The translations under genes were made by a program, and so were the position numbers. Shown here in pieces: positions 54,232 through 64,000 of a DNA stretch of 64,000 bases. Every line of letters starts with the position of its first letter. Position 1 is the stretch's first letter. Source of the stretch: Octopus vulgaris (taxonomy: Eukaryota); the NCBI GenBank assembly GCA_951406725.2, contig OX597824.1:45136001-45200000 (forward strand), written 5' to 3'. The notes under the pieces are model-generated. The model made no database searches. It had not been told where the DNA came from and saw only the letters and a list, made by a program, of their open reading frames with translations.

Positions 54232-55698
54232 ACCAAAGGTCAAGAAAGGAAACTGAACGAAGGTGTCAGTTTTTCCCAAAGTGAACAACTGAAGAGAAAT
54301 AAAATATCTGATGGTTCTTCTAATTTGAATCCTAGTGGAAAATATGTTCAGCAAAAATATCCCGTGAGAACTGAGCAAGACCATTATCAACGGCACGTTT
54401 TTGAGCAGTCTAACCAAAACTCTACCTTAAACCATTCCAACTCTTCCAGACACTTATCAGAACCATTTTCAAATACCCTAGATCCATCATCAAAAGTCAT
54501 AAATAATTCTTACCAAGAACTGTCCAAAGTGTCTCATAGTTCTTCTAACAATGGTGAGAGTACAGGAGATAGTAAAACAGATCTGCACTCCACCTATGTC
54601 CAGCCAGTAACTAATAAAGATGGTGTAAAAACTCCTACTCCTAAAGTTAGACGACACTATCCAGAGAGTAATTATTTCCAGAATCACCGCTATCAGACAG
54701 ACAGTCAACAAGCTGATCACTTACAGTCTCAGAATTCTGTCTCACAAGAGCCATCCTCATACACTGTATTGAGGTCTGCTAAATCTCACAATCGCATTGC
54801 TACTCAACAAGCACCACAATCCCATGATTTATCAAATCGGTCAGTCACTCCTGGTACTGTTGACCAGATGTATGTCCCTGCACATGTCAATCAGTCAATG
54901 CCATACCCAGAGCCACATTACTTATCTCGTGAACAGTCTCCCATGAGTGATAACCGACAGAGTAACTTTATGAAGCCAGCTGAAAGGCCTTCTTCTATGC
55001 ACTTCAACAATCAACCAAATCAAGGGCCTTCTTCACGCCCTACAGGATCTGCTTCCCCTTTCCCCCAAAAACCAAGAGACTCTCCTAACCTCTACAAAAC
55101 GGATCCCACTCTCTCTAAAAGTGAACTGTCTTTAAATAAAAGAACATCACGATCTCCTGAGTATGCTTACGACAATGCAGCATCTAACCAAACATTTAAT
55201 GACTATCACTCATTAGGCATGTCTGTTGACAAACCTACATCTTCAAATAACATTTTGGAGATCTGCGAAGCAGATGAGGCTTATCCATATCGGTCTCGCT
55301 CACGGGGTACCCCTCCAATTCCAGCTCCAAAACCAATAAACAGAGACCCCAATAATTACACACACACTGTTACTAACAATTCTAATCACCAAGACACACA
55401 TCAGATGCTGCCTACATCATCATCTTCATCTTCATTGTTACAATCACAGGCTGGATATTCTCGAAATTCCAGTGCACAACCAAGCTATACAGGAGGCAAC
55501 GTGAAAAATGCTCCAATGGCAAGAATCTCCCCACAAACAAAAGCCTCAAAACAACCACTAAACATCCAGCAGCACCTCAGCAATACCACTACCACTACTC
55601 CCACCACAACTACAACTACTAACAGCAACAGCAAGTCACCAGACGAATCAAAGGACCCCAAAACCAATTCTGTGTGGTATGAATATGGTTGTGTATAA
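54232..55698 (+). CDS. CCDC88: CCDC88 terminal coding exon: disordered S/P/Q/N-rich tail ending NSVWYEYGCV* (PDZ-binding motif)
   Basis: tttgtag|ACC acceptor, in frame with ORF 54325..55698; the C-terminus matches Daple VWYEYGCV. Confidence 0.95.
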   Translation, partial: TKGQERKLNEGVSFSQSEQLKRNKISDGSSNLNPSGKYVQQKYPVRTEQDHYQRHVFEQSNQNSTLNHSNSSRHLSEPFSNTLDPSSKVINNSYQELSKVSHSSSNNGESTGDSKTDLHSTYVQPVTNKDGVKTPTPKVRRHYPESNYFQNHRYQTDSQQADHLQSQNSVSQEPSSYTVLRSAKSHNRIATQQAPQSHDLSNRSVTPGTVDQMYVPAHVNQSMPYPEPHYLSREQSPMSDNRQSNFMKPAERPSSMHFNNQPNQGPSSRPTGSASPFPQKPRDSPNLYKTDPTLSKSELSLNKRTSRSPEYAYDNAASNQTFNDYHSLGMSVDKPTSSNNILEICEADEAYPYRSRSRGTPPIPAPKPINRDPNNYTHTVTNNSNHQDTHQMLPTSSSSSSLLQSQAGYSRNSSAQPSYTGGNVKNAPMARISPQTKASKQPLNIQQHLSNTTTTTPTTTTTTNSNSKSPDESKDPKTNSVWYEYGCV

Positions 55699-56193
55699 AA
55701 ACATAGTCTTCCCCCACTTTCATTGCTGCTCTTTATAATGTTAACATGTGGTTGTTTTTGCTGACCACTTTCTGCCATCTGCTTCCATTTCTACATTCCA
55801 AACCATAATTTAAATCTGCAGATTAAATAACCTCACCTTTGTAGTTTCAAAATTGTTGTTTTAAGTGTTGGTTTTTTCAGCTTTGTTTGCATTTTAAAAA
55901 TACTTTACAATCACTAACACATTTTTCTATCCTTAAATCAATATTTACAATTTTCGTTCCATTTCTTGAAGAGCACCATCACTCCCATCCATTTATACTC
56001 ACAATTCTAATGGTCTCTTGAAAATCTTCTAAGGGCTTCATTAAAAACCTATCTTAGGTGATTGCTATGCAAATGCGATATAGAGCATTCGTACATTCAT
56101 TTTGAAGTTGGGATACACATAGCAGAATTTTTTTGTTTTTAATTAATCCTTAAATTAACTTCCACTTATACATTACTTTCATTATTTAAATAA

Positions 56194-56397
56194 AGGCGGC
56201 GAGTTGGCAGAAACGTTAGCACGCTGGGCGAAATGCTTAGTGGTATTATGTTCTGCGTTCAAATTCTGCCTAAGTCGACTTTGCCTTTCATTCTTTCAGG
56301 GTCAATAAATTAAATACCAGTTGCATACTGGGATCGATCTGATTGACTGCCTCCCACCCCAAAAATTTCGAGCCTTGTGCCTAGAGTAGAAAAGAAT
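56194..56397 (+). mobile_element. tRNA-derived SINE in the probable CCDC88 3' UTR
   Basis: Same family as 24194-24407, with A and B boxes. Confidence 0.8.
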
Positions 56398-59300
56398 ATA
56401 TATTTAATTTTCATTTGTCAGTTCTTGCATTATTTTCTATTTGTAGCTTTCTTTTCAAACTCTAAACATTTTTAATCAAGCAATAGAGAAATATATATAA
56501 TTTCATCCCTGACAAGTTTTCAGTCTAAATTTCTTAATGAAAAGTATGCGAAGTTAATATCACTGATGAAACATCCCGTTTTTTTTTTTGCCATCTAAAT
56601 TGTTGTTTCACAAAACTGTAACAGCAACTATATTTCATTTTGTCAATGTTCTGCTCTGGAAAGATTTAATTCTCCAACATATTTAAATTAGGATCTGTTC
56701 CATTTTGATTTGAGAACGAAGTTCATTTGTAAGGAAAGTGGGACAGAGACTAAAACTGATTCTGTATTTATTGGTTATTTCAAAATTGTGTTTTCATTAG
56801 TGAGGTGCTCTGAATTTATGTTCTCAGTGTTGCTCGTTCTATTTATTTTGTTCAAAAAATACAATCATCTTAGCACCAAACAAAAATGTTTTGTTTTGTA
56901 ACTTTGCTTACTATCATTGTCCTTGAGTACCAGTCATGCACTGAGGTGAATTCAACTAATACCTAAATTGTGGCTTTTGTGTCTCGTTAAAAACCGTTAG
57001 TTTTAAATCCTGTCTGTCATTGCCAACTTTGCCTTTTGTCCCTACATGATCAGTCATTAAAACCAGCACCAATGAGTTGATTCCATTGATCTTTCTCTTT
57101 GTCCCTACAAAGCTTGCTCCACCCCATGCTCAGAGAAAATAAATCTATTAGGTATGTGTGTAGAAGCAGAAATAGTCAGACTTGTGGTATATAAGTATAT
57201 ACCATCACTGCATTGTGGGTTCAAATCTTATTTAGGATTGACTGTCTTTCCTTCACTTTGAGTCTTATAAATCCATTCACATTTTCCAATAAAATAAGTG
57301 GGAATGTCAATGACATATACCTGTTTGCTTTTCCAATGTAAGAATTATTCATAATAATGCTGCAGAAATGATAGCATTAGACTAAATGCATGCTACTGCA
57401 CTTTCAATGTTTGATATGCTTGTTTCAGTTTAAATGACTATACTCTTTCCCTTAAGTTTGTGGCCTTATGCCAAAACAAAAATCCATTATTGCTCCTTCA
57501 GTATCAAGCATTTCTGGAGTTAAATTTTTCAATGTAAAAATAGACTTGGAGTCTTTAAACTCAAATACCTTCCTATTTCACTCTCACCATTGCCCCACTG
57601 TCAACAAGTTTTCCCAAGAATTTTCATTTTTTCCCCCCCTTCCCAAGGCAGGTAACACTACATTTTGTAAACCAGACTATCACTTCTATATTTTAATGTT
57701 TTCCCTTCAAATATGTCATATTTGGAAGTTGTTTCTTTAAAAAAATTATATAAATAAAATTTAAAAAATCTGAGGTGAAAATGGTTAAGGCAATGGACTA
57801 AATGAATTACAGTATTTTGTTTTGATTTTCTCAGTTGAAATCCTGCCAGAGATGGAATCATTTGTCATCTCAAGGTTAATTAATAGTAAAATAAATTTGG
57901 TTTTATTAACTGTTACTTGATCCTCAAGTGTGCATCCATTTTTACCATTCATGAAACATCACATTTGCTCTTTCTTCCTCTTCTATACAAGCTCATCTTC
58001 ATTCCTATTTATCTCATCGGTGCAATATTTAATAGTTATCTCTCAAAGTTATTCAAAATTGTCTGTGATTTCACTACACCTTTGCTTATTTCAATTCTTT
58101 GAGGAAACTTGAGTTTAAAACATTTTAACAAATAACACCAATTTTTTGTCTTCTGTTGCTCTATACTAAAAGCTTGCTTTGTGATATTCCCAATTCCATT
58201 AATTGCCCTCTTTGTTTATAATCTCTCCATGTGAGAATCAATGGAACTGCTATCATCCAATGCCATACAAAAAACACATACAATAAAAGTATTTTACATT
58301 TGTAAAAAAATTTACAAATAAAAACATTTTAAAATCATTTACAAATAAAAGCATAAAAAATTTAAATTGTTTACTTGATAGGTTTTTAAATTTTAGCAGT
58401 ATTAAAAAAAATTGGTGGCAATTTTCTAATTGCTTCACTAGAAAACTTTGCTCCTGCCTATTGTGGACAAACCATTTCATTTCTCTTATCAAATCTTTTC
58501 AAAATGTGGACTAATCTTGACAAGACATACTTGTACACATCTGATAATTCGTACAAAAGTGTCATATTACCATGAAATAAATACTATTCAATACATTAGC
58601 CACTTCAGTGCCAATGTTAAAGTTGCTTTCTCAATGACTTTTTATTATTACACTATTCAACTTCAAGCCTATGAAGACCTGTCATTCGACACCTAAAATC
58701 TGATCAGACATTCTCTTTACTTCCAGCTTCAGTCAAGTGTTATCCTATTTTCCAAATTCAAACCTGTTAACTTTAGTAGCAGTATTTAAGCATATTCTTT
58801 AGAAACTGCCTTGTAAACTCAGCATTTACATCAGAGCTAGGCAAACTACACTACATATATAGGCTGCATAAAGGTTACTATAGTGCAGAAAATATTGCTA
58901 ATATCGTGTATCATTTATTAAGTTGCTATTATTTTGAAGTGAAAATTAAGGTGAAACACTTAACATTACAAAAATAGAAAAGCTTGCTTCCCAAGTCAAC
59001 CTTTACTTGTTAAAGATGAGCACAGAAACCATCTAGAAGCCAAGTTACACTAATTCTATTTAAGAGTACACATATCCGGAATACTCAGACCACTTGGTTC
59101 TTAAAAGTCTCATTGTCTGTCAGAGATCCACATCTGTTCCATTCAACTAATTTTCCAAGTTCAGTAAAATAAGTTAAATTTCAAAACCAAGTTTTCTAGG
59201 CTGGGCTTAAGTTTCCAACTGAAAATTTTTATACATTTATGTGCATGAGTAAATTATGCTGGAAAAATGTGTCATAACTAAATATTAAATGGCTGATAAA

Positions 59301-62300
59301 AAAAACTCAGGATAAAACATTTTACCAAATAGCAGGTATGTTGCCTTTGTCTTGTTTATAAATTCATTTTAGAACAGTCAAAACTAATTCTTTATGGATT
59401 CATTTGTCAATAAATTTCATTTAAAAAAAAAAAAAATTGATATACAGTCTTCAAAACCCAAATATTTAACTGAATGGACATTTAAACCTGTCATATCTGA
59501 ACTCTCACCTATGCTACAATGTCTTCTACAAACAACAATCACAATCTTGAAGCTATAAGATAGCACATGATTAATTCATACAATCAATGGCTTTCAGTAT
59601 GTAATAAATGCTATCTCAATTCATCAAGCCATTTCCATAATCAGCTATCATTTGAAATGCAACTTTCAGTAACTGATACATTTCTTTCTCCTCTGCAGGA
59701 AATTCCAATAACTGTATGAATGCAACTGATACAAGACTTCAGTTCTTAATAAGCAAGTCACTACACCAGACCAGTTGGCTTTATAAATATATACAAGATC
59801 TGCAGCATTGAACTGGTGTTTTATTCCTCAATCCAATTTGGCCAAGTTGGATGGAAAGCATTTTACTCAAGTCATTCATTCAAACTAAGCTATTAGAAGC
59901 AGTTGTTTTCATGGACCCTGTTCACTGTCAAAACACTTTGAACTAAAATAAAGTATAGAATTGAAAAATGATTCAAAATAGTTTATATATTTATTTCAAT
60001 GATTTGGATGAATTAAAAATTAAATGCTTGATAAGCTGTATAACTTCAAAAATATTTTAATCAGTTTCAGGTTAGTTTTTGCAAAAGAAATAGCAATATA
60101 CGTGAGCACCAAATAAAGTACCAGTCAAGTACTGTGGTCAATTTAAATTCCTCCCACCTAGGTAGAAAATACTGTCCTTATATGCTTGATAAAAACATTC
60201 TATCAGGTTGACCCTTCAACAGACCATATCAAGAGGTGGTGGTCAGGTGACCCAAAAATATATAGCTATAAAGGCTAAATGTTTGAAGAATTCTGGTAAA
60301 AAACTGCCTTATTAAAAAGGGCATGACTAATGTGTGGAGGGGGGGGGGGGGAAAAGCAGCTACTTTTAGTCCCCACAATAAAAAGCAAAGTAATGTACAT
60401 TAAGCAGAGCTTGGTGAAACTGGATACAAAATTAACAGGTCCCCACCTCTATGGAATCCAGATTTACAAATACAGTTCAAAGTTATATAAGAGAAATCTG
60501 ATGTATATTAAGACTATTGAAAGATTAAATGTAATTAATGGTACAAATCCTAATAACCTCTCTTGTAGTCATAGGCCACTGTATTGCTCGGCTTGGAAGT
60601 TGCTGCTGTAGTTGAGACACTGAATAGAAAAAGGAAAGTAACATCAGATACTAATAGCATAGGTATTAACATAATCGAACCAAATATTTTTTGTCTACAC
60701 CCACTTAAGAAAAGGGGGCTCTACTTTTTAATTCTAATTCTGCAAGCTCCATTTTACAGAACTGATACAATAAATTTTTATAAAAAGTGTTAGTCTCACT
60801 AACATTTCACTCGCGAAACAGAATCAATGTTATTGCTTATCTCTGTCGTCCCCCCCACCCCGTCTTGAGAACTCTTAATGACTAATAATGCAGTAGTGTG
60901 TATGCACAAATTTAAATCATACCAAGTATACCTAAGTGTAATCCAACGTAACTACTCTAAACATAAGACCTTTCTTTGCAACTGTAGAAAAGTTTAAACA
61001 AATCACTGGAAAGTACTCAAGGCAAAGACAATTGAAGTAGTGGAATCAAGCAGTATTTAATTTCTTTCAATCATTGTATACAGTAACTGAGTTCTATTTC
61101 TTATTTGTGCAAGCTTTGGATTTTTTTTTTCCCCAATAAGAAAAATTTATACATAGCAACTTGATAAACAGCTGTTGGATTTTTTAAAAACTTCACTGAC
61201 CAAAAGTGCCAACTAGAATTCATTTATTGCATTGAAGAAATTCATAACTTGCAAGCTAGACCAACAACATTTTTAATTGCTATATTTCTAAGAATCAAAA
61301 TGCTGTGATAAAAAAAAAAATGAATGGCATAAGATGAGAACGAAACAGCTCATTTTCTTAGAAATCTTAATATAACACCTTTACTAAAAAAGAAGTTTCT
61401 TGAATTTCTTTCAAGATAAACCACAGGAAAATCCCCAAATCAATATTTCCAAAATTATATGATGATGATTGTGTGGACAAATTGCTGCACATTTCAACAT
61501 CCCTTGACTAATAAACCTCCACATAAGCATCAAGATGAATTTTTTAAAAAGAAATTGATTGAACAGTTTAACAATCTATTTCCTTTTATATTTCTTGCTT
61601 CATTAAGATTTTTAAAATCCATTTTCCCTAAAAACATTACTAATATCATATGCAACATTATAGCCAGATATTGGCAGAGAAATGTGCATAGTTGAACAGG
61701 TACAACACAAATACTACACAAAGGGGAAAAGAAAACAAAGCAATAAAGGCATCATTCATTTTTATTCAACCATCCTGCATACAGTCAGCATGCTTCCTCG
61801 TCCTCTCAGACAATATAAAACAGTAATATGGCAGTTACAATGACCTGATTTCACCCAAAGGTTTCATACAGGAAACTACCACCTATGGATAATACAAAGT
61901 TCCTTGTAATGAGGGACACATAGTACATACTTTAAAATAATGGTTTGGTTGCTTTTTCTTCTCATTTCAAGTTTGTTTTTTGTTTTTTTTAATATTGTGG
62001 AGCAACGAGCATGGCCAGAGTAAAAAAAAAAACTAATACTACTACATCTGCAGGCAAGGTACATAGCAAAAAGCACTAAAACATTCAAACAGTATCTAGC
62101 AAGACAAATGTTAAAATTTTTCATATGAAGGAAAGTGAAACTTTTTTAAAAAAGTGGGGATAGGGTAAGTTCTGGTAATACAGGTAAGATGAGCAATGGG
62201 CGAGAAGCAAGTCCAGGTGAGTGTCATGCTCAGATTTTGCTGAAATAATTGAAGTTATGATACAAACTTATGAAGGAAAATAGCAGCTCCATGTGAATGG

Positions 62301-62560
62301 AAGATGTTTTAGTGTTCTGGCAGATGTTTTCAGGGTTTTAAGTTTCTCTTTTCTTTTTCGCTTACGTGGACCCAGAGTAGTGTTTAATGTTTTTTTTTTA
62401 TCTTTTCTTTTCATTTTTTTTTTTTTCATTAACTCCGCTGTTTGCATGATGCTGATTCCATAAGTGCTATCACTTGCCCATCACCAATGCTGTATATTGC
62501 AGGGGCAGATGCTGGGCAGAAGGAGTAGGTGGAGGCAGTCTTCGTTGCCATTTATCTATG

Positions 62561-62621
62561 TTAATACTTTCTCCCTCTGGACATCGAGTATGCTTTACTT
62601 TTGTAGCCAGAGCCGGGGCCC
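62561..62621 (-). CDS. Candidate distal alternative last coding exon of the hnRNP-like gene (GPGSGYKSKAYSMSRGRKY*)
   Basis: Acceptor cttttgtcacatttcag|G on the - strand; in frame with the phase-2 donor at 63635. Confidence 0.5.
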
Positions 62622-63496
62622 CTGAAATGTGACAAAAGCTAATGTTATGGAGGGCTAATCCATGCCGTTTTTGCTATCATAACTTCAAACACTTGCCTAA
62701 TATGTTCTTTCAGCCAACCAAAATTTCATTTTCAAATCAACCAGGCAACTCTTATTGAATCAATAGCTCCAGAATCCAACATGTGCAATTTAGAGAAAAG
62801 TACTTCACTACAATAACTGCAATAGGTTGGGGGAGGGTATTATGCCACGTTGCTCCCTTAGAAAAAAAGGCACTTATTAAAGGAACATGCAGAATTTGAA
62901 GGGGAGGGGATTGTTTTTAAAATCGTTCAGATCAAACAGATCTCATTTTGTAACAAGAACCCATCTGCTAAGTGCCATGGATGGACAGTGATAGAATGAA
63001 GAGCAAGAGAATTTAGAAAATAAGCTTAAGGACAGTAATTTTAAAATTGTACAAAATAAGATTTAAAAAGCTATAAAAATTACTTGATTGAAATTAAGGG
63101 AGTGGGTGTTAACCATGTAATAAAGGTGATGCAACAATAGTACAAATTAAACTGGAAAATTATAAACAAAACTGTTGCAATGGATTCAAAGTTTTGAATA
63201 TTGAGGATAAGTATGAAATGAAAATGAAGTACAAATGAATTTCATTAAATGTAAAAAAAAAAAAAAAAAAAAAACAACCCATACCCCACCCTCCTGTAAC
63301 TTTTAAGGTTTCTTAAAAAAAAATCACACCAATGTAACAGCAACTAGGAAATTATCAGCAACAGCTTAAATGATCAAATGATTTATGTCATCTTGCACCC
63401 ACCCCCAAACTGAATAACATACAGGGTGATCCAAAATTACTTATTTCAGAAGTGATGGGAGTGGGGAAAATAAAAAATTCCAGACAAGCCTATATG

Positions 63497-63563
63497 TCAT
63501 CGGGTAACACTGCTGCTGTTGGTGCTGCCGCTGCTACTACCACCTGCTTCTAGAAGATAACCC
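63497..63563 (-). CDS. Candidate proximal alternative last coding exon (GYLLEAGGSSSGSTNSSSVTR*)
   Basis: Follows a 72-nt pyrimidine-rich GT-AG segment at 63564-63635; in frame; G/S composition like the upstream domain. Confidence 0.5.
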
Positions 63564-63610
63564 CTACTTTTAGGAAAGCGGGTGAATGGTGAAAGAATAT
63601 GGGAGAATAT

Positions 63611-63775
63611 CTATCTTCGATAGCTACTGCCGTACCATTGACCACCATATTGGCTCTGGTTGTTGCCACTGCCATAACCCTGATAATAACTCTGGTTGTA
63701 GTTCTGTCCCCACTGAGAATGACTGCCGCTGCCATAGCCACCACCTTGATTATTAGAGCTGCTGCCATAACCCCA
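63611..63775 (-). CDS. Exon of an hnRNP-like gene, low-complexity tail WGYGSSSNNQGGGYG...GGQWYGSSYRR*
   Basis: ttttctcttttgcag|TGG acceptor; G/Y/S/Q/N/W prion-like composition. Family is not determinable because no folded domain is in the window. Confidence 0.75.
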   Translation of the reverse strand, partial: WGYGSSSNNQGGGYGSGSHSQWGQNYNQSYYQGYGSGNNQSQYGGQWYGSSYRR

Positions 63776-63879
63776 CTGCAAAAGAGAAAAGAAAAAATAT
63801 TCAGCCAATTTAAAAAAAGCAATGTTGGACATTCATATTGGTTTACAAAGAAAATGAACACTAAAAGTTGATAACTTAC

Positions 63880-64000
63880 ATTTCCATAACCACCAGATTG
63901 AGATGAAGAGCCCCATTGTCCACTATAGTTGCCCTGATGGCTCCATGAACCTTGACTGCCACCACCACCACCACCACCACCGCCACCATATGGTCTGTTG
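63880..64000 (-). CDS. Upstream exon (partial) of the same gene: NRPYGGGGGGGGGGSQGSWSHQGNYSGQWGSSSQSGGYGN
   Basis: AAT|gtaagt donor; 104-nt phase-0 intron to the next exon. Confidence 0.8.

Noticed and set aside
63550-63871. ORFs 63599..63871 (+) and 63550..63861 (-)
   Set aside because: Antisense or alternate-frame shadows of the Gly/Tyr-rich exon.

Overview
AT-rich animal genomic DNA, not prokaryotic. The SINE, mariner and RTE repertoire and the microsatellites look cephalopod (Octopus-like); that assignment is an inference. Most of the window (4150-55698, + strand) is the 3' half of a multi-exon Girdin/Daple (CCDC88-family) gene. Twelve exons could be joined by hand with canonical GT-AG sites and consistent phases. 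They encode a long coiled coil, a G-alpha-binding/activating (GBA) motif (SPGSELLTLEQFLKESN) and a terminal PDZ-binding motif (WYEYGCV*). The introns hold many transposon relics: four Tc1/mariner elements, a hAT, a Helitron, piggyBac, Penelope, CR1-like and RTE LINEs, tRNA-SINEs and MITEs. They also hold candidate frame-preserving microexons, including a clean 9-nt one. At the right edge, on the - strand and convergent with CCDC88, is the G/Y/S/Q/N-rich tail of an hnRNP-like gene that appears able to make three different C-termini from one internal splice donor. Most other ORFs in the track are microsatellite or chance ORFs. All coordinates were counted by eye, and repeat boundaries are approximate.
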